NCBI GenBank assembly: GCA_001828605.1
Contig: MHZB01000050.1
Span: forward strand, 1 to 21,312
DNA length: 21,312 bases
From: Planctomycetes bacterium RIFCSPLOWO2_12_FULL_50_35
Lineage (GTDB): Bacteria; Planctomycetota; Brocadiia; Brocadiales; Bathyanammoxibiaceae
Direction: 5' to 3'
The notes below the pieces were generated by a model. The model was not told where the DNA came from. It saw only the letters and a list, made by a program, of their open reading frames with translations, and searched no databases. Positions 7,641 through 18,319 of the stretch are shown in pieces (within the stretch, counting starts at the first letter, position 1; each line of letters begins with the position of its first letter). Both the position numbers and the translations under genes were made by a program.

Positions 7641-7916
7641 CTAGGCTTCCTGCAGCCTTCCACTCTCAGCCAGCACCGATTTGGTCATGTCAATGGTAGC
7701 CGTCAAAGAGGTGATATCTACCAGCTTCTCCTCTGGTATCTGAATCTTAAATTTCTTCTCTATAAGAGCTAATATCTCTAGGGCTAAGAGAGAGTCTATC
7801 TCTAATTCCTTAAAGAAATTGGCATCTCTCTTCTTCCAAATTTCGTCCCTATCTAGTTCCGTAACTTCCGCAACAATGGACGTTACCTCTTTTTCGATAT
7901 CTTCTACGTTCAACAC
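7641..7916 (-). CDS. Acyl carrier protein
   Basis: Phosphopantetheine attachment motif 'LEIDSLLALEI'. 91 aa. GTG start at 7916 preceded by AAGGAGAG. Confidence 0.9.
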   Translation of the reverse strand: MLNVEDIEKEVTSIVAEVTELDRDEIWKKRDANFFKELEIDSLLALEILALIEKKFKIQIPEEKLVDITSLTATIDMTKSVLAESGRLQEA

Positions 7917-7977
7917 GCTCTCCTTAATGTTAAAAAGCCGCTAATAAGCTAAATAACCCCTCTGAAGATACAGCTCT

Positions 7978-8223
7978 CTACGTGAATTGTCTAACATATA
8001 CCACAGCCTCAACTATATTGTCAATAGCAATCTTAGGCCCTAAGTCCATAGTTCTGCAAGGCGCAGTTAAAATCTTAGACAAGGCGATAAAACCGTCAAG
8101 TGTTGGGGCGTATAACGCCAAAACTCTTACCGTAAAAGCGCTGTCCATACCGCAGTTACTGACAGTACCCTCTGCAAGACTGCGCATTTCCTCGGCCGAT
8201 GTTGGAGGCCTCATTTTTCCCAT
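7978..8223 (-). CDS. Hypothetical 81-aa protein, uncertain gene
   Basis: The minus-strand translation looks more protein-like than the overlapping plus-strand ORF 7982-8317 (S/T/L/I-rich, typical of antisense reading). No convincing RBS. There is a weak by-eye resemblance to the N-terminal half of AhpD/carboxymuconolactone-decarboxylase-like proteins ('RVLALYAPTLDGFIALSKIL'), which I do not trust. Confidence 0.35.
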   Translation of the reverse strand: MGKMRPPTSAEEMRSLAEGTVSNCGMDSAFTVRVLALYAPTLDGFIALSKILTAPCRTMDLGPKIAIDNIVEAVVYVRQFT

Positions 8224-8327
8224 CCATTTTGGAAAGGTTTATAACATCCAAGTCCTTAAACTGCGAGGGTTTCTACGGCACACGTCCACATCTGCCTTGT
8301 CGATCCTTTTCAAGTGACTTAAAGTCC

Positions 8328-8355
8328 TTGACAAAATCTTTTCGTTCTGTAGAAT
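8328..8355 (+). promoter_or_regulatory. Candidate sigma70 promoter for hemL
   Basis: Perfect TTGACA (8328-8333), 16-nt spacer, TAGAAT (8350-8355). Confidence 0.4.
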
Positions 8356-8386
8356 GGCTTTTTCTTTTACTTGCGGAGATTCTACT

Positions 8387-9694
8387 TTGCCCCCAGTGAC
8401 AAAGAACTTCACCATCAGTAAATCTAACGAGGTCTTCAAAGAGGCATTAAAACATATCCCCGGTGGGGTGAACAGCCCGGTAAGGGCCTTCGGCCCCGTC
8501 GGTGGCCATCCCATATTCATACAGTCCGGCTCGGGATGCCGTATAAGAGACATAGACGGCAACGAGTATATAGACTACGTGTGTTCCTGGGGACCCCTAA
8601 TCCTTGGTCATAACGAACCATACGTAGCAAGACAAATTAAGGCCGCTGTAGATAAGGGTACAAGCTTTGGGGCGCCCACAGAGTTAGAGGTACAACTGGC
8701 TAAACTCGTAAAAGAGTTTATGCCGTCCATTGATAAGGTAAGGATGGTAAACTCCGGTACGGAAGCCACTATGAGCGCCATCCGGCTTGCCAGGGGGTTT
8801 ACCAGGCGTGATTTGGTAATAAAGTTTGAAGGCTGTTATCATGGTCACGTAGACGGCCTCTTGATAAAGGCAGGGTCCGGGGCAACAACACTGGGTGTAC
8901 CGACAAGTCCGGGCGTCCCCCAGGGTTATATTGACAGCACAATTATCCTCCCCTTTAACGACAGTAATGCTGTAGAAAATTTTTGTAGGGAACGGGGTAA
9001 AGAGGTTGCCTGCATAATCCTGGAACCGGTGGCAGGGAACATGGGCGTAGTACCACCCAAACCCGGTTACCTGGAAAAGCTGCGGGAGATAACAAGGCAT
9101 TACAGTATCGTCCTCATCTTTGACGAGGTGATGACGGGTTTCCGCGTATCGCCTGGCGGCGCACAGGAACTGTACGGTATAAAACCCGACCTTACTACAT
9201 TAGGAAAGGTAATTGGCGGCGGCCTGCCGGTAGGCGCCTACGGCGGGAGGGCTGAGATAATGGACCGCGTAGCCCCGGTTGGCCCAGTATATCAAGCTGG
9301 AACGCTCTCCGGGAATCCTGTGGCCATGAGCGCGGGCATAGCTACCCTTGAGAGACTGAGGGATAAAAACATATATAAGCAGCTTGAAAAAAAATCCCAA
9401 TGTCTTGCAGAAGGATTCGAGAAATCGGCGCGTGACGCCGGGGTAAAAACATACCACACAAGGGTAGGTTCCATGCTCTGCACCTTCTTTACAAAAGACA
9501 CCGTTCACGATTATAAGACGGCAACGTCTTCTGACACAAAGCGTTACGCTCGCTACTTTAACGGCATGTTGGAAAGGGGCGTATATCTGGCGCCTTCCCA
9601 GTTTGAGGCAGCCTTCGTCTCCGCCGCCCATAATGACTCAGACATAGAGGCCACTATCGAGGCGAGCTGTCAGGCAATGAAAGATTTACCGTAG
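8387..9694 (+). CDS. hemL: Glutamate-1-semialdehyde 2,1-aminomutase
   Basis: '[12 protein letters not shown]' signature, and class-III aminotransferase PLP lysine context '[21 protein letters not shown]'. The maximal ORF starts at ATG 8354, but that ATG lies inside the candidate -10 box. TTG 8387 has GGAGA (8375-8379) 7 nt upstream and gives a normal-length N-terminus. Confidence 0.93.
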   Translation: MPPVTKNFTISKSNEVFKEALKHIPGGVNSPVRAFGPVGGHPIFIQSGSGCRIRDIDGNEYIDYVCSWGPLILGHNEPYVARQIKAAVDKGTSFGAPTELEVQLAKLVKEFMPSIDKVRMVNSGTEATMSAIRLARGFTRRDLVIKFEGCYHGHVDGLLIKAGSGATTLGVPTSPGVPQGYIDSTIILPFNDSNAVENFCRERGKEVACIILEPVAGNMGVVPPKPGYLEKLREITRHYSIVLIFDEVMTGFRVSPGGAQELYGIKPDLTTLGKVIGGGLPVGAYGGRAEIMDRVAPVGPVYQAGTLSGNPVAMSAGIATLERLRDKNIYKQLEKKSQCLAEGFEKSARDAGVKTYHTRVGSMLCTFFTKDTVHDYKTATSSDTKRYARYFNGMLERGVYLAPSQFEAAFVSAAHNDSDIEATIEASCQAMKDLP

Positions 9695-9704
9695 GTCTAA
9701 AATA

Positions 9705-10337
9705 ATGGAAGCCCATGCAAGCAGAGACAATCTACGAGAAGCCTCTCAAAGACTTAACGCAATGTGCCTCAAGGCAGAGAGGATGCTGCACACTACTATA
9801 GATGGGTTTATACGTCACAGTGAGAAGAGGATAAAACAGGCTGAAGAGATTGGAGACGATATATTCAAGGATGAAAAGGAACTAACAGGTTTCCTGGTTG
9901 GAATTCCCGGCAAAACGGAAGAGGAGAAGGAGCAACTAAAGGAACTTATTGCAGCGGTAAGCCATCTTCATAGGGTCGCAGAGGCATTGAAGAACATGCT
10001 GCCTATCGTAAGGAATAAGATAAAGGACGAGATTCTTTTCAGCAACAAGGCCGTAGAGGAATTAAAATCCCTTTTTGAAAATACCCGTAAGATTCTCAAA
10101 AGTGCGGGAGATGCATTTCTAACCGGAAATCCCGTCCTGGTAAAGTATGTGTTGGAGGAAGGAGTACGCCTGAATGAGGTTGGTGATAATTATGCCATAG
10201 AACATGAAGACAGACTTATTTCAGGGGTATGCGTACCCAAGGCATCTCCATTATACATAAATATACTAGATTGTTTATCCAGAGTTAACTGGCATACAAT
10301 GAGGGCTGTGGAGAGATTTTCCTCCAAAAAGGTATGA
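9705..10337 (+). CDS. PhoU-like domain protein (function uncertain)
   Basis: Helical, charged protein. The C-terminal 'EHEDRLISGVCVPKASPLYINILDCLSRVNWHTMRAVE' resembles the PhoU-like repeat pattern H..RL..G......S.....IL..L.R...H. Assignment by eye only. Confidence 0.55.
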   Translation: MEAHASRDNLREASQRLNAMCLKAERMLHTTIDGFIRHSEKRIKQAEEIGDDIFKDEKELTGFLVGIPGKTEEEKEQLKELIAAVSHLHRVAEALKNMLPIVRNKIKDEILFSNKAVEELKSLFENTRKILKSAGDAFLTGNPVLVKYVLEEGVRLNEVGDNYAIEHEDRLISGVCVPKASPLYINILDCLSRVNWHTMRAVERFSSKKV

Positions 10338-10342
10338 AGGAC

Positions 10343-10366
10343 GGGCAGGCAATAACAAACCTGCCC
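10343..10366 (+). terminator. Hairpin downstream of the PhoU-like gene (weak terminator or attenuator candidate)
   Basis: GGGCAGG (10343-10349) pairs with CCTGCCC (10360-10366) around a 10-nt loop. No U-tract follows. Confidence 0.25.
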
Positions 10367-10391
10367 TCCCCATTAGTGTTGTGAGCAGAGC

Positions 10392-10622
10392 TTGAACAGC
10401 AAAGGGCCGCCGGACACATATATCGCATACGGAAGGGCCATAAGCCTTGGCTTCTTCATGGTGGGGTCAATTGTAGGCTGTTATTTTGTAGGAAGCTATC
10501 TGGACTCTCGCTTTGGCACGACGCCAAAACTGATGATCACGTTTGTTATGCTGGGCATAGCCGCAGGTTTTGTGGAGTTCTACAGGGTGTTGAAGAAACT
10601 CTCGGCAAATAAAAGGCCTTAG
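10392..10622 (+). CDS. atpZ: AtpZ/ATPase_gene1-family small membrane protein
   Basis: 76 aa with two predicted TM helices ('ISLGFFMVGSIVGCYFVGSYL', 'LMITFVMLGIAAGFVEFY'). Located immediately upstream of atpI-atpB. TTG start. Confidence 0.75.
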   Translation: MNSKGPPDTYIAYGRAISLGFFMVGSIVGCYFVGSYLDSRFGTTPKLMITFVMLGIAAGFVEFYRVLKKLSANKRP

Positions 10623-10627
10623 GGCAT

Positions 10628-11080
10628 TTGGTGATGAGAGAACTGAACAAGGCTAATCTATTCGAACTAGACCCGGGTTTCCCCGAAAGGGTATTCGACA
10701 CGTCTCTATTTACGGGAATGCTGCTCATAGTGTGCTCCACGGCGCTGAATTCCATAAACTTTACCTTAAGCCTGGCGGCCGGTGTAGCCATCAGCCTCGC
10801 CTTCTGCCGGGTGTCGTGGTGGAGCATACGCCGCTTTATGCAGCCCGGATTGAAAGGGCAAAAACCCGCCTTTCTCTTACTCGGCATCATTAAATACGTC
10901 GCTATGGGTGTTGCCCTTTTTCTCCTGTTCAAACACTTTGACGTACACATAGTGGCGCTTTTCGTCGGCCTTAGCACCGTACAGGCCGTAATTACGTTAA
11001 AACTCCTAAGCTTATTGCTGGTTGGTTTCCTTAACAAATCGGTCAGGGTCCCAAGCGTACATTCACGGGACGTCTTCTAA
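10628..11080 (+). CDS. atpI: ATP synthase protein I
   Basis: 150-aa polytopic membrane protein directly preceding atpB. Alternative starts are GTG 10631 and ATG 10634. Confidence 0.75.
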   Translation: MVMRELNKANLFELDPGFPERVFDTSLFTGMLLIVCSTALNSINFTLSLAAGVAISLAFCRVSWWSIRRFMQPGLKGQKPAFLLLGIIKYVAMGVALFLLFKHFDVHIVALFVGLSTVQAVITLKLLSLLLVGFLNKSVRVPSVHSRDVF

Positions 11081-11106
11081 TCAGAAAGGAACGATAAGAG
11101 ACTGCA

Positions 11107-11859
11107 ATGACTGAAACATCACAGTCACACGGTGTCGTCGAACTGCCTTGTTTCTTGGAACTTTTCGTAGGCAAGGACTTTACACTGTTCGGTCTCACGG
11201 AAGAGCAGTTGGTGCCGGTGGTAATATCCGGGATAATAATAATATTTCTGTCGTTCCTGTCCATTTCGGTAACAAGCCGACTCGAGAAAATACCCGGTAC
11301 CATGCAGGCACTGCTTGAACTGGTGGTGGAGGGGCTGGACGACTTTATTGAATCGCAGATGGGCCACGTAGGCCGCGCCTTTTTACCGTTCCTCGGGAGC
11401 CTGTTTATTTACATATTATTTATGAACCTGATAGGGCAGATACCGCTTTTCCATTCCCCTACGGCTAACTACAATACTACGCTAGCCCTTACGCTTATAG
11501 TATTTCTGGTCACCCAGTACCAGGGAATAAAGACACGTGGACCCGTAGGTTATATTAGACATTTTGTCGGAGACCCCCTCTGGATGGCGCCTATATTCTT
11601 CCCACTGCACATCATACAGGAGTTCTTGGCCCGTCCGCTCTCCCTGTCCGTCCGTCTATTCGGGAACCTGATGGGGGAGCATACCGTGCTTGCGATATTT
11701 ATAGGTTTCTCCCCCCTCTTGTTGGGCTTTATCCCCATTCCCATACAACTTCCCATAGTCCTCTTGGACATGCTTTGTGCCACCCTTCAGGCAATCATCT
11801 TTTTCCTGCTGGCGTGCTTTTACATCTCAAGTGCAATGGGTGTACATGATGAACACTAA
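11107..11859 (+). CDS. atpB: F-type ATP synthase Fo subunit a
   Basis: Conserved 'LSLSVRLFGNLMGEHTVL' with the essential Arg, plus operon position. Confidence 0.95.
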   Translation: MTETSQSHGVVELPCFLELFVGKDFTLFGLTEEQLVPVVISGIIIIFLSFLSISVTSRLEKIPGTMQALLELVVEGLDDFIESQMGHVGRAFLPFLGSLFIYILFMNLIGQIPLFHSPTANYNTTLALTLIVFLVTQYQGIKTRGPVGYIRHFVGDPLWMAPIFFPLHIIQEFLARPLSLSVRLFGNLMGEHTVLAIFIGFSPLLLGFIPIPIQLPIVLLDMLCATLQAIIFFLLACFYISSAMGVHDEH

Positions 11860-11877
11860 GGAAACGGAGGTATATCA

Positions 11878-12150
11878 ATGATATATTTTGCAGCATTAGT
11901 CTTGGGTGTTGCTTTTGTGGCCATAGCCTCTTCCGGATGCGGCATAGGTATGGGCCTCTGTGTTGGAGGGGCGCTAAACGCAATGGCAAGGCAACCTGAC
12001 CTGTACGGTAAATTCCAGATAGTCATGTTCATTGGTCTTGCCTTCATCGAATCGCTGACCATATACGCCCTTGTCATATCGTTTATACTCCTGGGCAGAC
12101 TGCCCACTACGGAAGAAGTCATGGAGATAATCAAGCACACAGCCAAATAG
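11878..12150 (+). CDS. atpE: F-type ATP synthase Fo subunit c
   Basis: Hairpin proteolipid with 'AMARQPD' loop and carboxylate in 'AFIESLTIYALV'. Confidence 0.95.
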   Translation: MIYFAALVLGVAFVAIASSGCGIGMGLCVGGALNAMARQPDLYGKFQIVMFIGLAFIESLTIYALVISFILLGRLPTTEEVMEIIKHTAK

Positions 12151-12172
12151 CTTTCAGTGGAGGTCCTAAGAC

Positions 12173-12676
12173 TTGGAATTCTTAAAAGCCCTCGGGGTTG
12201 ATCTTAGACTGCTTATAATACAGGCAGCCGGTTTTCTGATACTCCTCTACATACTGAGGAAATACCTCTTTGGCAAAATACTGGCGGCCCTAAAGGCCAG
12301 ACGTGAAGAGGTTCAGGAGACCTACAGGAAGTCGGAACAGTACCGCGCAGAAGCGGCAAATCTAAAGACGAATTACGAGAGAAAGGTAACTGAGGCCGAA
12401 GCGGAGGCGGAAAAGAAGCTCACTGCCGCCGTAAAGGAGGCCAAGGTACTGGGCACGGAGATAGTTGAAAAGAGCCGTCAAGAGGCCGAGACAATAAAAC
12501 GAAAGGCGCATGAAACGGTGGAGCTGGAGAGAAAAAAGGCGGCGGCAGAGATTCGGAACCAGGTGGTAGACCTTTCCATACTCGCCACCCAAAAACTTAT
12601 AGAGACGTCCATCAGCAAGGCCAAGGCGGAAGAATTGGTAGACGAGTTCATCAAAGGCGTGGAGGGTATTAAGTGA
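12173..12676 (+). CDS. atpF: F-type ATP synthase Fo subunit b
   Basis: Single N-terminal TM helix followed by a long charged Ala/Glu/Lys-rich helix. TTG start 8 nt after GGAGG. Operon position. Confidence 0.9.
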   Translation: MEFLKALGVDLRLLIIQAAGFLILLYILRKYLFGKILAALKARREEVQETYRKSEQYRAEAANLKTNYERKVTEAEAEAEKKLTAAVKEAKVLGTEIVEKSRQEAETIKRKAHETVELERKKAAAEIRNQVVDLSILATQKLIETSISKAKAEELVDEFIKGVEGIK

Positions 12677-13221
12677 TAGATAAGACGCTAGCCATAGGGT
12701 ATCTCCAGGCGCTTTTCGAGCTGGCCAGATCAAAAGACCAATTTCAACAAGTCACCGGCGATTTGGAGGTCGTGGCTGAGCTTTTTAGACAAAATGAGAA
12801 ACTGAAAAAAATCTTTCTCCATCCCTCAGTCACACGGGACGAAAAGACAAGACTCGTCAAAGGCGTCTTTGCCCCACACGTAAGCCCCCTGGTCAGGAAC
12901 TTCTTTCTGCTTCTTGTGGAAAAAAGACGGGAGAATATATTAGACGACCTCCTGGAGCAGTACCACGCGGTGGCCGACTTAGTCGGCGGAAGGCACAGAG
13001 CCTTCATCAAGACGGCCGCACCTCTGACAGAAGACAGCCTTACCAGACTCAAGAAGGCCCTGGAAGACATGACTAAGAAAACAGTCGAGATGAACGTCCA
13101 GGTAACCCCTGAAATACTTGGCGGAGTAATCGTTAAAATCGGCAATAGGGTGCTTGACGGCAGCGTCGCCTCACGCCTTAAAAACCTGAGAAAGAAGTTG
13201 ATCGAGGTGGGTATCGGCTGA
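12673..13221 (+). CDS. atpH: F-type ATP synthase F1 subunit delta (OSCP)
   Basis: 'PEILGGVIVKIGNRVLDGSVASRLKNL' C-terminal OSCP signature. The GTG start overlaps the atpF stop (GTGA). Confidence 0.9.
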   Translation: MIDKTLAIGYLQALFELARSKDQFQQVTGDLEVVAELFRQNEKLKKIFLHPSVTRDEKTRLVKGVFAPHVSPLVRNFFLLLVEKRRENILDDLLEQYHAVADLVGGRHRAFIKTAAPLTEDSLTRLKKALEDMTKKTVEMNVQVTPEILGGVIVKIGNRVLDGSVASRLKNLRKKLIEVGIG

Positions 13222-13290
13222 CCTATGCGGTTAACACTCGTTCTTCTCAGAGACATCGGGATCTAAAAATAAGAATAGGAGTGCTTTGCA

Positions 13291-14805
13291 ATGGCGTTAA
13301 AACCTGATGAGGTTGCATCCATACTCAAGAAAGAGATAGAGGGATACGAAGAGAAACTCCGGATGGAGACCGTAGGAACGGTACTCCAGGTAGGCGACGG
13401 CGTAGCGAGGATTTACGGTCTGGATGACTGTATGGCAAGCGAACTGCTGGAATTTGCAAACGGGTTGTACGGAATTGCACTCAACCTGGAGGAGGATAAC
13501 GTAGGAGCCATCTTGCTGGGCTCAGACGAGAACGTGAAGGAAGGAGATACGGTAAAAACAACCGGTAAGATTGTGCAGGTACCTGTCGGTGAAGCACTCC
13601 TGGGAAGGGCCGTAAACGCCCTGGGACAACCGGTGGACGGTAAAGGTCCAATTGCCGCTGACAAATTCATGCCGATCGAGGGACGCGCGCCAAGCGTGGT
13701 AGAGAGAATGCCGGTAAAAGAACCGCTGCAGACCGGCATTAAGGCCGTAGACGCAATGATCCCCATAGGCAGGGGGCAAAGAGAACTAATAATAGGCGAC
13801 CGACAGACCGGCAAGACGGCCATCATGATAGATACCATTATCAATCAGAAAGACACGGACGTCCAATGTATCTACGTAGCCATCGGCCAAAAGATGTCCA
13901 CCATCCTGGACGTAATAAAGACACTTGAGAAATACGGCGCCATGGAATACACCACTATCGTGGTGGCCTCCGCCAGCGATCCGGCGCCGCTTCAATATAT
14001 CGCACCATTTGCAGGGTGCGCCATGGGGGAATACTTTAGAGACAACAAGAAGCACGCCCTGGTCATGTACGATGACCTCTATAAACACGCCCTTGCCTAC
14101 CGTCAGGTATCACTCCTGCTCAGGCGTCCGCCTGGAAGAGAGGCGTTCCCTGGGGATGTATTCAACATACACTCCCGTCTGCTGGAGCGGGCGGCCAAAC
14201 TAAACCAGGAACTCGGCGGCGGTTCTCTAACTGCCCTACCCGTGGTAGAAACCCAGGCGGGTGACTACTCTGCGTATATCCCAACAAACGTAATATCCAT
14301 TACAGATGGACAGATATACCTTGAGAGTGACCTGTTCTACTCGGGCGTCAGACCGGCCATTCACGTAGGGCTTTCGGTGTCAAGGGTGGGCGGAAATGCG
14401 CAAACGCCGGCGATGAAAAAGGTTGCCGGCATGCTCAGACTCACAATGGCTCAGTACCGTGAGCTTGCAGCATTTGCACAGTTCGGCTCCGAGCTCGACA
14501 AGGCCACGCAGGAACAACTCGAAAGGGGAAAACGCCTGGTGGAGATACTGAAACAGCCCCAGTACAGACCAATACCTTTTGAGAAACAGGTTATGATCAT
14601 TTTCGCCGGCGTAAACGGTTACCTGGGCAACGTACCCGTAGAAAGGGTGAGGGCGTTTGAAGAAAAGTTCCATAAGTTCATGGCCGAGAAATATCCTGCC
14701 GTGGGGGAAGAAATTAAAGAGAAGAAGAAACTCACTGACGACATTATCCACAGGTTGACCAAGGCCTTGGAAGAATTCAAGGGCACATTTGCAGAGGGTA
14801 AATAG
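13291..14805 (+). CDS. atpA: F-type ATP synthase F1 subunit alpha
   Basis: Walker A 'GDRQTGKTA', plus '[28 protein letters not shown]'. Confidence 0.98.
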   Translation: MALKPDEVASILKKEIEGYEEKLRMETVGTVLQVGDGVARIYGLDDCMASELLEFANGLYGIALNLEEDNVGAILLGSDENVKEGDTVKTTGKIVQVPVGEALLGRAVNALGQPVDGKGPIAADKFMPIEGRAPSVVERMPVKEPLQTGIKAVDAMIPIGRGQRELIIGDRQTGKTAIMIDTIINQKDTDVQCIYVAIGQKMSTILDVIKTLEKYGAMEYTTIVVASASDPAPLQYIAPFAGCAMGEYFRDNKKHALVMYDDLYKHALAYRQVSLLLRRPPGREAFPGDVFNIHSRLLERAAKLNQELGGGSLTALPVVETQAGDYSAYIPTNVISITDGQIYLESDLFYSGVRPAIHVGLSVSRVGGNAQTPAMKKVAGMLRLTMAQYRELAAFAQFGSELDKATQEQLERGKRLVEILKQPQYRPIPFEKQVMIIFAGVNGYLGNVPVERVRAFEEKFHKFMAEKYPAVGEEIKEKKKLTDDIIHRLTKALEEFKGTFAEGK

Positions 14806-14808
14806 AAA

Positions 14809-15681
14809 GTGCAAGGCACGCGTGAAATAAAACAGCGCATACGGGGCATCACAAACATCCAGCAGATAACCCGCGCAATGGAAATGGTGGCCGCGAGCCG
14901 GCTGCGAAAGGCCGAGGCGCGCATCGTTGCCGCACGACCATACAACGAGAAAATGACGGCCCTTCTGAACTACCTTGCAGCCACCACCGTCGGCAAAACC
15001 CACCCTCTGCTTAAGCCTCGAGAGCTCAAGGTGCTAAAGGTAGTGCTGATAACGGCGGATAAGGGCCTGTGCGGTGCGCACAACACCAACATCATACAAC
15101 GCACCTTAAAGTTTATAAGACAGAATCAAGACAAAGACGTCAGACTCATACTTATCGGCAAGAAGGGCCAGAACTATTTCCGCAGAAGACGCTACAACAT
15201 AGAAAAAACCGTCCCCGATGACGTGGAGAGGATCGGTGAAGGGTTAATAACGGAACTCGCCAACCAGTTCATTACGGACTACGAGACCGGCACATGCGAT
15301 CAAGTTCAGATATTTTTCACCAAGTTTATTACGATAATGCGCGGCCTGCCGACCTCCATGAAACTGCTCCCTGTGGAAACGGTAGCCTCAGGGGAGACTC
15401 AAAAAATTGCTTCTACTACAGACTACATATTCGAACCGTCGGCTGAGGACATATTCTCCAAACTCTTCCCCAAATACGTAGAGTCATCCATTCGCTGTGC
15501 CATATTTGAGTCCTTGGCATCAGAGTTTGCGGCGAGAAGGGTCGCAATGATCTCCGCCTCTGAGAATGCGGAAGAGATAATCGGGGAGCTTACACGCTCT
15601 TATAACAGGGCCAGGCAAGAGGCCATCACCAAGGAGCTCCTCGAGATAGTTTCCGGTGCGGAAGCGCTTGCACAGAAATAG
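14809..15681 (+). CDS. atpG: F-type ATP synthase F1 subunit gamma
   Basis: N-terminal 'IKQRIRGITNIQQITRAMEMVAASRLRKA' and C-terminal 'YNRARQEAITKELLEIVSGAEAL'. GTG start. Confidence 0.95.
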   Translation: MQGTREIKQRIRGITNIQQITRAMEMVAASRLRKAEARIVAARPYNEKMTALLNYLAATTVGKTHPLLKPRELKVLKVVLITADKGLCGAHNTNIIQRTLKFIRQNQDKDVRLILIGKKGQNYFRRRRYNIEKTVPDDVERIGEGLITELANQFITDYETGTCDQVQIFFTKFITIMRGLPTSMKLLPVETVASGETQKIASTTDYIFEPSAEDIFSKLFPKYVESSIRCAIFESLASEFAARRVAMISASENAEEIIGELTRSYNRARQEAITKELLEIVSGAEALAQK

Positions 15682-15700
15682 AAATAATTGTTTCAGGTAG

Positions 15701-17442
<1,742 letters not shown>

Positions 17443-17459
17443 TAACAGCCTTAAGCCTT

Positions 17460-18158
17460 TTACGTTGAACCACTCCCCTTCCGATGTGCCTCCCACTTCT
17501 CCTCAGCCTCCGGCACCCTCATATAAAGCGGTTGAAGCCGATATGGGTCAATAATTTCTCCCCTCTCAAATGCTGCCCTGCCAAGACGGGCTACCGCACT
17601 GGCCCTCGCCATGCCCATCTCACCGCCCCCAAAAGTCACTCCATCTACGGCAAATACCTCTCTATACTTAGCTGCACCGTCCCCAAAGATTAGGAGTGGG
17701 CGAGGTAACAACTCCAACAGCTTACGAGGATAGATAACCATAAGCCCGGACGACCGCCGCCATAATGCCCCAGAACGCTTATAGATACGTGCATATACCT
17801 GTTCTCTCCTTGCATCCAGCACCGGGCAGACAGTGGTCTCGTTTGTGGGGGCATTTTCCGCTAATACGTCAAGGGTGGAAACGGCTACCAACGGTTTCCC
17901 AAGTGTATAGGCCATGGCCTTTGCACAGGCGATACCCACCCTCAGCCCTGTGTATGAGCCGGGGCCGCTGCTTACCGCTATAAGACCTATCTCGTCCGGC
18001 TCGACCCCTAACGACTTGAACATATCCTCCAGAGAGGATACCAACGCCTTCCCGTGGCGCATACCTCTATCGAAGCTCCTCTCCTCAAGTGTGCTAGAGT
18101 CTTCACAGAGGGCTACGCTACCTACCAATCCAGATGTTTCTATGCCGAGGACCTTCAT
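17460..18158 (-). CDS. tsaB: tRNA t6A37 threonylcarbamoyltransferase complex dimerization subunit TsaB (YeaZ)
   Basis: 'MKVLGIETSG...VALCED' and 'IAVSSGPGSYTGLRVGIACAKAMAYTLGKPLVAVSTLD'. Confidence 0.9.
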   Translation of the reverse strand: MKVLGIETSGLVGSVALCEDSSTLEERSFDRGMRHGKALVSSLEDMFKSLGVEPDEIGLIAVSSGPGSYTGLRVGIACAKAMAYTLGKPLVAVSTLDVLAENAPTNETTVCPVLDARREQVYARIYKRSGALWRRSSGLMVIYPRKLLELLPRPLLIFGDGAAKYREVFAVDGVTFGGGEMGMARASAVARLGRAAFERGEIIDPYRLQPLYMRVPEAEEKWEAHRKGSGST

Positions 18159-18319
18159 ATTTGTCTGCAGGATTAACTCAGGTAATGGTCAAGACGTGGC
18201 CTTGACCTACCCTCGTCAGGCTAACTTTTCCCTGGTGATTTTATTACCCTTTTTATATGATATTAAACCTGCGCGGACAAGGCTAATCTTTGGCCAAAAT
18301 GCAGTGAGAAACAAGATTA

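Noticed and set aside
1739-7916. Aromatic type II PKS or aryl-polyene/flexirubin cluster
   Set aside because: The window has no cyclase/aromatase, ketoreductase, ammonia-lyase, acyl/glycosyltransferase, LolA-like or MMPL exporter genes. Only the KS/CLF-ACP-DH core is shared. Genes located elsewhere cannot be excluded.
7982-8317. Plus-strand 111-aa ORF between the ACP gene and hemL
   Set aside because: S/T/L/I-rich antisense-like composition. It would have to be transcribed from inside the ACP upstream region. The minus-strand 81-aa ORF is the more plausible reading, though itself uncertain.
11878-12150. Possible Na+-translocating c-subunit (E-S...Y in 'IESLTIY')
   Set aside because: The position equivalent to the Na+-ligand Gln of helix 1 (12 residues before ARQP) is Met, and the Thr following Ser is Leu. 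The motif resembles the H+-type 'EALTIY' of cyanobacterial and chloroplast c-subunits. The roughly 18-aa hydrophilic C-terminal tail is slightly unusual, but I cannot interpret it.
17443-17459. Terminator between convergent atpC and tsaB
   Set aside because: The gap is only 17 nt and has no stable hairpin (only the CTTAAG hexamer palindrome). Termination signals must lie inside the opposing coding regions or be factor-dependent.
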